A DNA stretch of 64,000 nucleotides from Octopus sinensis (GCF_006345805.1 NC_043010.1:33480001-33544000), one strand, 5' to 3'; positions 23,776-36,580 are shown, counted from the first letter of the stretch. The notes: a model not told the origin generated them from the letters alone. Numbers and translations: made by a program.

Positions 23776-24260
23776 ATCTCCTCCCTGGTCAGGTCTTGCA
23801 GCCCTGCTTTCATCTAGTCATCCTCTCTACTATGCATTTACTTGATTTGCTAAAAATAGCAGCCAAGTCTCCCTGAAATCACACCCTCTCTACTATCATT
23901 CAGCAAAATGATGTAGAGATTGAATTATGATAGTCTGTCCTGGTTATGCAAAAATACAGAATGATCAAGCAAGGAAAGTTTTCAATTTTAAATCTACTCA
24001 ATCAGAAACGGCTTGGTTAATTAAACAACACAATCCTTTTTTCCATTCCTTATTAGAAGGAATTCCACCACTTCACTCTACTCATTACAGAATGAGAGGA
24101 GAAAGAGGCAGGCATGAATGCCACAGTGCTTCATACTGCTCTGATAATTTTGAGTCATTTTGCCATCAAAGTGACAGAAATGGGGAGCTGTCTGGCTTAG
24201 ATGCTTTTCTTTTATGATGAAATCCTTGTGACATGCTAGAATTTTGTCTTTATATATATA

Positions 24261-24632
24261 CTAGCAGTATCGCCCGGCGTTGCTCGGGTTTGTAAGGGAA
24301 ATAACTATAAAGCACTTTTAGAGAGTTATAGCCAAAAAATGGGAAAAAAATGATGGTAATTTTTTTTGAGAGTTAAAAAGATCGAGTTGCGTCCCCTAGA
24401 CAGTCTGTGGTTTGTGTTTCTGATTCTCGACCCCATGTCGAATTTATCGATTTTTTTCAGAACTGAGGGAACTTTTCAAAATTTTTGCTGCGTTAGTTTT
24501 GAATTATGACATTGGGCTATGTGTGTGTCAAGTTTCATCAGAATCGGTTGAAAGCCGTGGTCAGGGTGAGGGTACAACCTAACAGACACACAGACACGCA
24601 GACAGACAAACTGCCGTTTATATATATATAGA
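24261..24632 (-). mobile_element. Non-autonomous Helitron-type element
   Basis: Same 3' end as 7326-7727 (CCCGAGCAACGCCGGGCGATACTGCTAG on minus), 5' TC, A|T site, internal CAGA repeats, CpG intact. Confidence 0.8.
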
Positions 24633-24641
24633 TATATATAT

Positions 24642-24684
<43 letters not shown>

Positions 24685-24729
24685 TATACATATATAACAT
24701 ATAACATATATATATACATATATAATATG

Positions 24730-25115
24730 TAGGCACAGAAGGTTCTGGGTTCAGTCACACTGCATGACACCATAGGCAAGTGTCTTCTACTGTTGCCTTC
24801 AGCCAACCAAAGCCTTGTGGGTGGATTTTATAGACGGAAATTGGAAGAAGCCTATCGTGTGTATATATGTGTGTGTATGTATGTATGTGTGTGTGTGTAT
24901 CTTTGTCTCTATGTTTGCTCTCCCCCCATCACCGCTTGTCAACCAGTATTGGTGTGTTTATGTTCCTGTAACTTAGCAGTTCAGCAATAGAAATCAATAG
25001 TAAAGTACTAAACTTAAAATAAAAAAAAAAGAGTTCTGGTGGTTAATTTGTTCAACTAGGATGCAGTGCTCCAGCATGACAACAGTCAAATGATTGAAAC
25101 AAGTAAAAGAAAAAT
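24730..25115 (+). mobile_element. SINE family A
   Basis: Core and tail motifs. Confidence 0.8.
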
Positions 25116-25434
25116 AAAAGAATATATATATATATATATATATATGGTGGACTCTCCTGTTGAAGACGATGTACGAGAATTCAGCCTTTGCCAAATGACC
25201 CACCCAAATGATTTGTTTATTGTGATTAAATATTTGTGCCACACATTTGTCTCTCTCTCCGTTAAATCAACATTGTCTGAACAGGTGCACGGTGTACCCA
25301 TGCATCAGGTGTCGAAGTGATAGCAGAGCAACATGTGATGGAAGTGTTTTGCTCAAGAAGACAATGCCTCTTCCCACCCTGGTCTTGGAATTGAAAGCAT
25401 GATCTTGCAAGTGTGACTACAACAACTAGGTCAT

Positions 25435-25604
25435 GTGACCCCGGCTGTGTGGCATGTAGCTTGCTTATGAACCGTTTGGTTCCGGGTTCAGTCTCATGGC
25501 GTGGCACCCTGGGCAAGTGTCTTCTACTATAGCCTCGGGCTGACCAAAGCCTTGTGAGTGGATTTGGTAGACCGAAACTGAAAGAAGTCCGTCATATATA
25601 TGTA

Positions 25605-25659
<55 letters not shown>

Positions 25660-25885
25660 TTATATGTTTGTGTGTCTGTGTTTGTCCTCCCAACATCGCT
25701 TGACAACTGATATTGGTGTGTTTATGTCCCTATAACTTAGCAGTTCAGCAAAAGCGACCGATAGAATAAGTACTAGGCTTACAAAGAATAAGTCCTGGGA
25801 TCGATTTGCTCAACTAAAGGCGGTACTCCAGCATGGCCACAGTCAAATAACTGAAACACGTAAAAGGGTAAAAGAAAGTAAAGAG
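25435..25885 (+). mobile_element. SINE family A, full length with expanded (TG)n
   Basis: Head to tail. Confidence 0.88.
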
Positions 25886-25899
25886 TATAATTATGTCAG

Positions 25900-26080
25900 T
25901 GAACTGGCAGAATTGTTTCTATGGCAGCAAAATGCTTAGTGGGATTTCATCAGTTTTTATGTTCTGAGTCAAATTCCATGAGGTTGACTTTGCCTTTCAT
26001 CCTTTCAGGGTTGATAAAATAAGTACCAGTTGAACAGTTAGGTCAATTTAATTGACTTAGCCAACCCCCTTCATATTATA
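25900..26080 (+). mobile_element. SINE family B
   Basis: GAACTGGCAGAATTG...CTTTCATCCTTTCAGGGTTGATAAAATAAGTACCAG. Confidence 0.75.
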
Positions 26081-26189
26081 CCCAGGACTGAATGCCCAAA
26101 CCTGTTATGAAATGTATTCCAGCCATGACCATCCTGTCATTTTATATATATCAGCAATACTGTGCTTATGAAAAAAAACAGGAGTGGCT

Positions 26190-26600
26190 ATAGGTGCAGG
26201 CATGGCTGTGTGGTAAGAAGCTTGCTTCCCAACCACATGGTTCTGGGTTCAGTCCTACTGCATGGCACCTTGGGCAAGCGTCTTCTACTATAGCCTTGGG
26301 CCAACCAAAGCCTTGTGAGTGGATTTGGTAGACAGAATTTGAAAGAAGCCTATCATTATATATATATATTATATATATATATATATATATATGTTTGTGT
26401 GTGTCTGTGTTTGCCTCCCCCCTATTGTTTGACAACCGATGTTTGTGTGTTTACATTCCCATAACTTAGCAGTTCGGCAAAAGAGACTAACAGAATAAGA
26501 ATGAGGCTTACAATGAATAAGTCCTGGAATCGATTTATTCGACTATAGGTGGTGCTCCAGCGTGGCCACAGTCTAATGACTGAAATAAGTTAAAGAATAA
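26190..26600 (+). mobile_element. SINE family A, full length
   Basis: Head to tail. Confidence 0.88.
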
Positions 26601-27073
26601 ACTGTAGTGTGATTTGAATGACATTTAACTGCTATTTCTAGCATACTGAATGTTCACATAGTTGCTCCCTCAGCAGCTCAATCGCTGATAAGTATTGGTT
26701 ATTCAGTTGCAGAATCTAATCAAGTAAGGTGTTGGGGCCCCTCAGACAGGAATGATGACACTGGATCAAAAGGAGTTGTGCTAGGTTATAGTTCTGACCT
26801 GACTTTACCCAACTCATTCTTCCAGGGAATAACATATGTTAAAATATCCTGATGGTGATGATGACGGTGGTAGTGGTGATGGTGATGATGATATAGTAAG
26901 GATTTATATAAAAGTGCAAACACACATACACACACACAAACACACAATTTGTGATGGGGTTATATGGTTGTACTAAACAAACAAAAGAAAGGAAGTGAAA
27001 ATAACCTCCTCCCCTTCCAATTTTGTCCAAAAATAACATAAACTATCTCACTCCTGTATACATACATGTGTAT

Positions 27074-27110
<37 letters not shown>

Positions 27111-27200
27111 TAATCCAAACAAGAAAACAAATAGACAACAACGCAAGGATGTGGAACAAATAAAGTATTATTGGACGCTCAGGAAAGAAGGGAAGAAAGA

Positions 27201-27229
<29 letters not shown>

Positions 27230-27235
<6 letters not shown>

Positions 27236-27575
27236 AGCAGGAGTGGTTGTGTGGTAAGAAGCTTGCTTCCCAACCATAGCAAGTGTCATCTGCTATAGCC
27301 TCAGAGTGTCCAAACCCTTTGGAAGTAGCTTTGGTAGACAGAAACTGAATGAAGCCCATCGTTTATATATATATGTATTTGTGTGTCTGTGTTTGTCTCC
27401 CCACCATCACTTGATAACTGATGTTTCTGTGTTTACATTCCTATAACATAGCAGTTCAGCAAAAGAGACTGATAGAATAAGCACTAGGCTTACAAAGAAT
27501 AGGCCCATTGTTCGACCAACGGTGGAGTTCCAGCATGGCCACAGTCAAATGACTGAAACAAGTAAAAGAATATAT
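27230..27575 (+). mobile_element. SINE family A
   Basis: Head to tail, internal deletion. Confidence 0.8.
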
Positions 27576-28413
27576 ACATATATATGTATATATAGGTGCT
27601 AGAATAGCTGTATTCTAAAAAGTTTGTTTCCCAACTATGTGATTCAGGCCAACCAAATTCTTTGTAAATGGATTTGGTAGAAGAAACTGAAAGAAGCCTG
27701 TCCTATATATATATATATATATATATACAAGTATGTTATTAATAATAAAATTAATAATATTAGTGGCTATTCAAAGCATGAACCGTGCAGGCAAGTTAAA
27801 AAAAATATGATGATAGTGGAAGAGTACCAGCTTTGCTAGAGATAGAATTCAAATGACCTCGGAAACCACAGAGAGCTCACTTTAGGAACAAGCATGGTGA
27901 AAATAGATATACATACATGTGTGTGTGTCTTTGTGTTTGTCCTTCGCACCACCTGACGAGCAGTGTTGGTGTGTTTATGTCTCTGTAATTTAGTGGTTGA
28001 GCATAAGATACCAGGTTTAAAAAAAAAAATGTAAAAAAAAATAAGTACTGGGGTCAATTCATTCCACTAAAACTCTTCAAAGCAGTGCCCCAACATGGCC
28101 ACAGTCCAATGGCTAAAACAAGTAAAAGATAAAAGACATATTATATATATATATTTTATCCTTTGAAACGTAGAGTAGATGAAACCTTAGCGACTGAAGA
28201 AGGGGTTTTTTCTTTGTGTTAATTGTCCTGTACTCCATTTTTTTGTTGTTTTTAAAAAAATGTCCAGTTCCTTTGGTTTGTGTCTATGTTTTCGTTTCTC
28301 TTTGTGTTCGACGTCCCTTTGGTGTCCTGTACTCATATATGCGTGTATATGTACATGTAGAGGTAGGTACGTACATATATGTTTATATATATGCATATGT
28401 TTTATTTCATTTA

Positions 28414-28448
<35 letters not shown>

Positions 28449-28634
28449 CTAAGGAGTAAATTTCTAAATATAAATTAAAAATTTTTGATTTAAATATTTT
28501 AATTTAAAATTTTATATTTTATATATTTTGTATATTATATTAATTATATTTATTTTTATGTTTTGGTTTATGTTTTTCATTGTTTGATTTGCCTAATAGT
28601 GGTTTTATCTCTAATTTAATTTATATATATATAT

Positions 28635-29260
28635 TCTTTTATTCTTTTACTTGTTTCAGTCATCTGACTGCAGCCATGCTGGAGCATTGCCTTGAAGGGT
28701 CTTAGTTGAATAAATTAACCCTCAAGATTTAATTTTTTTCAGCCTAATACTTTTTCTATCATTCTGTTTTGCTGAACCACTTAGTTGCAGGGACATAAAC
28801 ACACCAACATCAGTTGTTAAGAAGCGGTAATGGACACACACACACATAGATATATACATGTCATTGTAAACTTAACTGCACATAACTATTGGTGTGGCTG
28901 TGTGGTGAGAAGTTTGCTTGCCAGCCACATGGTTCCAGGTTCAGTCCCATTGCATGTAATTTTGAGCAAGTGTCTTGTTCTATAGCCTCAAGTCAATAAA
29001 AGCCTTGTGAATAGATTTGGTCAGTGGAAACTAAAAGAAGCCTGTCATATGTGTGTTTGTCTTCCCCCCCCCCCCACAGCTTGACAAGTGGTATTGGTTT
29101 GTTTACATCCCCATAATTTAGTGCTTCAGCAAAAGAGTCTGATAGAATAAGGCTTTAAAAAAAAGTACAGTGGTCATTTCACTCAGCTAAAATTCTTCAA
29201 AGCATTGCCTCAGCATGGCTTCAGCCTAATAACTGAAACAAGTTAAAGATAAAAGATATT
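28635..29260. mobile_element. Back-to-back inverted SINE family A pair (28635-28860 minus, 28885-29260 plus)
   Basis: Tail motifs in opposite orientations. Confidence 0.8.
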
Positions 29261-30079
29261 TATATATTTATACACACACACACGCACTAGCTTGTATGCA
29301 TCTTTGTGTGCTTGTATGTAATATAAACAGGGATTACATTCTTGGGCAATGTTTTCATCAAATTAGTCCTTCAGTTAATTACACATCGATAGTTTGAGAA
29401 TTTCCTGACAACTAAAAATATCAGTCAAGCAAATCCAGGGTCTGAGTATGCAATCCCAGTTTACTTTGCACATAAGCATAATTCAGATACTACCTGCACA
29501 TCCAGTAATTTTACAATTTTTGTACCACAACATAAGCAAAATCACATGTGTAAGTGAGTGAGTGAGCGTATGTATGTGTGTGTGTGTGTGTGTGTGTGTG
29601 CATGCTCATGTGTGTGCTGTTTATTATTTTTATATTTGTTTCAGTTATTGAACTGCAACTATGCTGCTGCACACTGCCATGAATGGTTTAGTAAATTAAA
29701 TCAACCCCAGTACTTATTTCTTGTATGTGGTTGTGACTGTTATAAACTCCCTTTTTGCTTTAAATTGAAGTAATTTTATATGGCCAGTATAAACAAACAA
29801 GTTGGGAAATGTATGTTTATGTTTTTGTTTTGCAAGATTCTTGATGTGAAAACGTGTGTTGAAACAGATATTGTTATACTTGGGGATGGTCATCTTTTGT
29901 CAGTTAAACATGTGCATGTGCATGTGTTTAACTAGCAAACGATGACCATCTCTAAGTATAACAGTATTAGAAAATATACACAGATACATGCTTTTATACA
30001 TACATATCTACATACTTATACACATATATACATATGTGAAAACAAAGTTCAGAAATATAATATAATCTCTCAGAGTTGT

Positions 30080-30350
30080 ATATACATACACACTAAAAAG
30101 AAGTTACCTTCTCGAATCATACTGACTCATAAGGGTCGGTATCCTGGTTTCATGGTGCATAGATCTCCACCTGGACGGGACACCGGTCCATTGCAGGATT
30201 ACTCATTTTTGCCAGCTGAGTGGACTGGAGCAACATGAAATGAAGTGTTTTGCTCCAGAACACAATGCGTCGTCCGGTCTAGGAATCGAAACCACAATCT
30301 TAAAATCACAAGTCCAACACCCTAACCACTAAACCATGTGCCTCCACACA
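30080..30350 (-). mobile_element. SINE family C
   Basis: CAGCTGAGTGGACTGGAGCAAC...CCCTAACCACTAAACCATGTGCCTC. Confidence 0.8.
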
Positions 30351-30719
30351 CCTATACACACACACACACACACACACATATATGTGATAATCAATGTTGC
30401 ACCAGGAGCAAAGAATAGTTTTCACATTGTTTTGGGCAATGGAATGGATGATAATTTCAAGAATGCTTGTACTGATAACATATTTCTGAGATGCATTGTT
30501 TGAGAAAGATGCCTCTTGAATTGAGGACAATGTCCATTCAATAGGTCTCCACACACATTTACTTGCTGGGCTTTGTTTTACTTCAAAGTGGCACCAACTA
30601 GGATTGAACCTATAGCCATGCAAATTTACAAATGGACTGCTTGAACACTCATTCATTTAGCTATACTGTGTGTGTTAGTGTGTGTGTGTGTGTGTATTTG
30701 TATGAGTGCATATATATGT

Positions 30720-30762
<43 letters not shown>

Positions 30763-30827
30763 TATACATACACGAGTGTATACACACACACACACACACA
30801 CACACCACTTAATGTGATTGCTTTCAG

Positions 30828-30885
30828 TCAAAGCCTTTTGGACAACAACAGCCAGTTATCTTATCAAACATCATCTGTGCCAATA
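30828..30885 (+). other. Candidate 58-nt plus-strand exon between microsatellites
   Basis: GATTGCTTTCAG| ... AATA|GTAAGT; all three frames open, one reads SKPFGQQQPVILSNIICAN. Confidence 0.25.
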
Positions 30886-30907
30886 GTAAGTGGCTTCCAT
30901 ATTATAG

Positions 30908-30938
<31 letters not shown>

Positions 30939-31774
30939 TGTGTGTGTGTGTGTGTGTGTGATATTTGTGGTTTATCCATAGGCATTGAAAAATCACTAAA
31001 TAAATATTCAGATTTAACAGCCAAACTTTGTGTGTGTGTGTTAGTATAGGCTAGTAGGCTTGTGTGTATATTCATATATATGTGTGTGCATTTACTGTTT
31101 CATACCAGTTTTCCCTTGCATACAGTGGTGAGATGGTATTGGAACAACTATTTTTACAGCTGGATGTTTCTACATATTCAACTGTAAAGTAGGGAGTGAA
31201 ACATGATTTAGGCTGTATTTTTGTGTCAGGCAAACTGGAGCAACATGAGTATATATATGTATATATATATGTGTGTGTGTGCGTACAGAGTTATGTTTAG
31301 GTGTTCAGCTATTGATCGTATGGTTATGAGTTCTATCTAAACATAACTATTAATAGGGCCCTGTATTCGAAACAGACTGGTGATGGCTTTCTTTCTCTGC
31401 ATTTGCTGAATCCATTTCAACATAGTATAGCATGTAATTACTGCTTGCATTACACCACACACACACACACACACCTAAGGTCATTAAAATAAGCTATAGA
31501 TTCGGCTATGTGTAGGGATTGATACAGTTAACATCTTTTAAAGGCAGTTCCCCTTGCATAGCTGCAGTATAATGACTAAACTAATTAGGTGTATGTGTGT
31601 GATGAAAATATTCAGTTATTACAATGCATCTTAATTATTTAAAAAATTGTAAATGAAATTTTTACCACTGCAGAAGAAAACCCTAGGTGAACTTTGACAC
31701 TCTATACATATATATATATATATGTATGTATGTATGTATATATGTATATTTATTTATATATATATATATATATA

Positions 31775-32151
31775 CTCTTTTACTTGTTTCAGTCATTTGA
31801 CTGTGGCCATGCTGGAGCACCACCTTGAGTCAGCAAATTGACCCCAGGACTTATTCTTTGTAAGCCTAGTACTTATTCTATCGACCTCTTTTGCCGAACC
31901 ACTAAGTTACGGGAACGTAAACACACCAGCATCGGTTGTCAAGCGATGTTAGGGGGGGGGGACAAACACATACACACACATACATATATACGACAGGCTT
32001 CTTTCAGTTTCCGTCTACCAAATCCGCTCACAAGGTTGTGGTCAGCCCAAGGCTATAGTAGAAGACACTTGCCCAGGGTGTCACGCTGTGGGACTGAACT
32101 CGGAACCATGTGGTTGTTAAGCAAGCTACTTACCACACCGCCACTCCTACG

Positions 32152-32155
<4 letters not shown>
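31775..32155 (-). mobile_element. SINE family A, full length, CpG-retaining
   Basis: Head GGCGTAGGAGTGGCGGTGTGGTAAG on minus. Confidence 0.88.
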
Positions 32156-32221
<66 letters not shown>

Positions 32222-32226
<5 letters not shown>

Positions 32227-32867
32227 GTGATGGGTAAATTGTCACCATTTTATATTTGTAATTTCACACATGAGCATTGTTTTTGATTTTGTCAAATACA
32301 CAGTATAGTAGGGTCAGTTGGGCACCATCTGTGAGAAAAATAGCACCATGATGCAATTCACTCTGCCAGAAATTTGGAAACAACATGCTGTATTACTTGG
32401 CATTTGTTTCAGAGTGTTCGGGTGTCAATCTGAGGACAGTGCAGAGGATTTGGAAAGAGTTTGATGAGTCTAATGGTGATTATGAAGGTACAGCAGCTCG
32501 GAAAACTCACTCTGATCATTCTGATTAGAAAAGAGTTCCTGAATTTGTTGGTAAGGTCCAGGCCATGAATGACAACAATCCCCCCAAGTCAATCAGCTCC
32601 ATTGCCTGGGACATGGGAGTGCCTGGGTTTCTTATCAGGCAGGTAGCACATGATGACATTTGGTATTCCTGATACAAGATGAGAAAGGGCCAATTTTTAT
32701 CTCAAGCCATCAAGGACAAGGTGAAAGACTGTGCTACGAAGCTTTTGAACAAACTCCAGCATCCCCTCAATCCAAACATACTTTGGTTTTTCTCAGACAA
32801 GAAAAATTTCTGCCAGGATCAGATGGTGAACACGTAGAACAACCGTTGGCTTGCCGTGTCCCCAAAC
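32222..32867 (+). pseudogene. Tc1/mariner transposase remnant (maT/DD37D-like), 5' part
   Basis: Own translation YKMRKGQFLSQAIKDKVKDCATKLLNKLQHPLNPNILWFFSDKKNFCQDQMVNT*NNRWLAVSP; SDEK-like first catalytic motif; in-frame stops. Confidence 0.75.
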
Positions 32868-33045
32868 CGCTAAGTATGGTGACGTAAACATACCAGCACG
32901 GTTCAGCAAAAGAGATCGATAGAATAAGTACTAGGCTTACAAAGAATAAGTCCTGGGGTCGATTTCTTCAACTAAAAACCCTTTAAGGTGGTGCTCCAAC
33001 ATGGCCACAGTCAAATGACTGAGAAAACGAAAAGAATAAAAGAAG
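32865..33045 (+). mobile_element. SINE family A tail with a short inverted 5' segment
   Basis: CCGCTAAGTATGGTGACGTAAACATACCAGCA is the reverse complement of the usual segment, followed by the forward tail. Confidence 0.7.
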
Positions 33046-33107
33046 GAATATGTCTGTGTGTGTGTGTGTGTGCAGCGGACGTTAGACGATGATAAGGATG
33101 AGGATGA

Positions 33108-33143
<36 letters not shown>

Positions 33144-33829
33144 CGGACAGTAAACAGTGATGATGATGATATATAGAGGGAGAGAGAGAGAGTAGGTTTT
33201 TGTGCTTTACCTAATGAAACACTAATACCATATCTTTTCTGGTACTACTCCATAACCTTTTAACCTCTCAGACATCTTTTTACATAATGTCCACTTGCAT
33301 GTGTAAAATGTATCTAATTTTCCTCAATGGTTATGTTTGGAATTGATTGACATATGGTTTGTATATACTGGTGGTCTTCATCTTTGAGGATATATGCCGG
33401 ATGTGAGTGATGATAGTAGTGTAAGGGCCTTTGGGAAAAGTTAGCAGAGGTCGTGTTTGACTGGGTTGACCCATACGTTAAATGACTGATGTTACACTCT
33501 ACCCTATCAATCATTACTGCTATATGTGTAAAACATAATACATATAACCACAGGTTAGGCATTGTAGCTAAGAAGTTAGCTTCACAACCACCTCATGGTC
33601 CCAATGAACAGCACTTTGGGCATATCCTTGGACTGACCAACATTTTTTGATTGAGATTTGGCAAACAGAAATTGTGCAGGCTCAATAATATATAGTTCCA
33701 GTGAAATGTTGAAGTCAGTTTAATCAACTAACCTGCTTATTTGAATTTCTGGCCTTGTATCTATATTAGAAATAATCATCATTATTATTACCCCTCTCAG
33801 TTCATACTACACTTCACCTTCAGTCAAGT

Positions 33830-34025
33830 AGTCTCGTCTTGGTAACCTCACTGGAGCTGGTGCCACATAAAACACACCCAGTACACTCTGTAAAGTGATT
33901 GGTATTATGAAGGGACATCCAGCTGTAGAAACCATACCAAAGCAGGCATTGGAGCTTGGCGTAGTCCTTTTGCTCTCCAGCTCCTTTCAAATCATCCAGC
34001 CTATGTCAGCATGAAAAATAGTGAA
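33830..34025 (+). mobile_element. Degenerate RTE 3' tail fragment
   Basis: GGTGCCACATAAAACACACCCAGTACACTCTG...GGACATCCAGCTGTAGAAAC. Confidence 0.7.
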
Positions 34026-34413
34026 TTCTACTGCTAATGCTGCTAATAATAATTTTTCAGCACAAAATTACTTGAGTTATCTGAGTGTAGTTCAGAACAC
34101 TTGTTCTGGTTCACTGCACTCTGAATTCAAGTCCTGCTAAGGTCAACTTAGCCCTTTAGCATTCACATTATTCTGTCAAATGTAATGCTTATTTAATTAC
34201 ACTATTTTGAATTAATTATGAATTGTTTATTTATTCATATTGTTCTGAATCAATTACTTCTTATCTTGTAGCTTCAAGATTTCAAAGTTGTGATAATATA
34301 TCTCCAGAACGACATTGTAGGGTATGTATGAGAAACTGGATCTAGCTGGTTTGAACATAAAACAGATAGGAAATTTGGGCTGGATATGTCTAGATTAAAT
34401 GCTAAAGAGTTAA

Positions 34414-34635
34414 CCCTTTTGTTACCATATTTCTGTTAAGATGCTCTGTGTTTCTTTCAATTAATTTTAAATATAACAAAGAATTTAGTAAAATAACTTA
34501 GTTATCATTAAGCTAGTGTTAGGAACATAAATTGTGACTAAGGTTTGGTGGAAGATTTTAATTCAGAACTTATGAAAACAAGACATTTGTACTACAGAGC
34601 CAGGGGCGGTTTCAGGCAGGTTGGTATCAAAAGGG
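34414..34635. mobile_element. TTAA piggyBac-like MITE inserted at the end of a second TTAA MITE
   Basis: TTAA|CCCTTTTG...CAAAAGGG|TTAA; shares TTAA 34410-34413 with the preceding MITE end AATGCTAAAGAG. Confidence 0.8.
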
Positions 34636-34659
34636 TTAAAGATGTTGGTTTGACAAAAC

Positions 34660-36580
34660 TGACAGGAGAAATACCTAGCCAAAGATAAGCCCCTGTACCT
34701 GGCTTTCGTTGACATGGAGAAAGCTTTTGATAGGGTCCCCCGATCCCTTATCTGGTGGTCAATGAGGAAACTAGGGATAGATGAATGGCTGGTGAGGACT
34801 GTGCAAGCCATGTACAGAGATGCCGTAAGTAAGGTTAGGGTTGGTAACATGTACACAGAAGAATTCAAAGTAGAGGTTGGGGTCCACCAGGGTTCAGTAC
34901 TCAGCCCCCTCCTATTTATCATAGTACTCCAGGCAATTACGGAGGAATTCAAGACAGGCTGTCCCTGGGAGCTCCTCTACGCTGACGACCTGCTCTTATT
35001 GCTGAGTCACTATCAGAACTGGAGGAGAAGTTCCAGGTGTGGAAGGAGGGTTTAGAATCAAGGGGCCTTAGAGTCAACCTAGCTAAAACAAAAGTACTAA
35101 TAAGTAGGAAGGTAGACAATCCACAAATATCTTCAGGAAGATGGCCCTGCTCGATCTGTAGAAAAGGTGTAGGTAGAAACTCTATAAGATGTACCCAGTG
35201 TAAGCTATGGACACATAAGAGGTGCAGCAATGTCAAAGGTAGGCTAACTGGGAAGATAGTTTTTGTATGTGGCAGATGCTCGGGAGCATTAACCTCCGAA
35301 AATCTGCAGAAAACAACTTCCGTCACTTTCCAGGGGGAAAAACTAGAAGTAGTTGATAGCTTCCGTTATCTAGGTGACCAAGTCAGTAGTGGGGGTGGGT
35401 GCGCTGAAAGTGTAACTGCTAGAAAAGAATAGCCTGGGCAAAGTTTAGGGAGCTCTTACCTCTGCTGCTGGTGACTAAAGGCCTCTCGCTCAGAGTAAAA
35501 GGCAGACTGTATGATGCGTGTGTACGAACAGCCATGCTACATGGCAGCGAAACATGGGCCGTGACTGCTGAGGACATGCGTAAGCTCGTGAGGAATGAAG
35601 CCAGTATGCTCCGATGGATGTGTAATGTCAGTGTACATACTCGACAGAGCGTTAGCACCTTGAGAGAAATGTTGTACCTAAGAAGCATCAGATGTTGTGT
35701 GCAAGAGAGACGATTGCACTGGTATGGTCATGTGGCGAGAATGGATGAAGATAGGTGTGTGAGAAAGTACCAATCCCTAGCAGTTGAGGGAACCCGTGGA
35801 AGAGGTAGACCCAGGAAAACCTGGGACGAGGTGGTGAAGCACGACCTTCGAACTTTAGGCCTCACTGAGGAAATGACCAGCGACCGAGACCTTTGGAAAT
35901 ATTCTGTACATGAGAAGACCAGGCAGGACAAGTGAGCCCAGCCCACTTATGAATGCCTTTCCTCCCTTGGACACAAAGACCTGTTGAGGCAAGCGAAGTC
36001 GATATAGAACCTCATCCGACGACAGACACCCATGCCAACACCCCATGCTTGCGAAGACATGTTGGGGCAAGCGAAACCGAATTGAACCAGCCAGGATCCC
36101 TGGCCTGGTGGTACGTAAAAGTACTATCCGACTCGTCCGTGGCACGTAAAATACTCCAATGCGACCGTACGACAGGCACCCATGCCAACCCCCTTTGCTT
36201 GTGAAGACATGTTGGGGCAAGCAAAATCGAAATCGAATTGAACCAGCCAGGATCCCTGGTCTGTGGTACGTAAAAAGCACTATCCGACTCGTGGCCGATG
36301 CCAGCACCGCCTCGACTGGCTTCCGTGCCGGTGGCACATAAAATACACCAATCTGACCGTGGCCGTTGCCAGCCTCGCCTGCACCTGTGGAGGTGGCACG
36401 TAAAAAGCACCCACTACACTCACGGAGTGGTTGGCGTTAGGAAGGGCATCCAGCTGTAGAAACATTGCCAGATTAGACTGGAGCCTGGTGCAGCCTTCTG
36501 GCTTCCCAGAACCCCGGTCGAACCGTCCAACCCATGCTAGCATGGAGAACTGACGTTAAACGATGATGATGATGATGATA
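34660..36580 (+). mobile_element. 5'-truncated RTE-clade LINE: RT, internal PHD finger, C-terminal region, repetitive 3' UTR, (GAT)n tail
   Basis: FVDMEKAFD, GVHQGSVLSPLLF, LLYADD, VNLAKTKV, EVVDSFRYLG, MLHGSETW, RLHWYGHV, RGRGRPRKTW motifs across ORFs 34714-35055, 35037-35432, 35471-35935; two frameshifts. Confidence 0.95.

Noticed and set aside
23477-23876. Poly-Thr/Pro/Gly/Ser ORFs resembling mucin or Gly-rich proteins
   Set aside because: Trinucleotide repeat translation; the same applies to 36718-36997.
34714-35935. Intact reverse transcriptase gene / active LINE
   Set aside because: 5'-truncated (no endonuclease) and broken by two frameshifts near 34990 and 35425.
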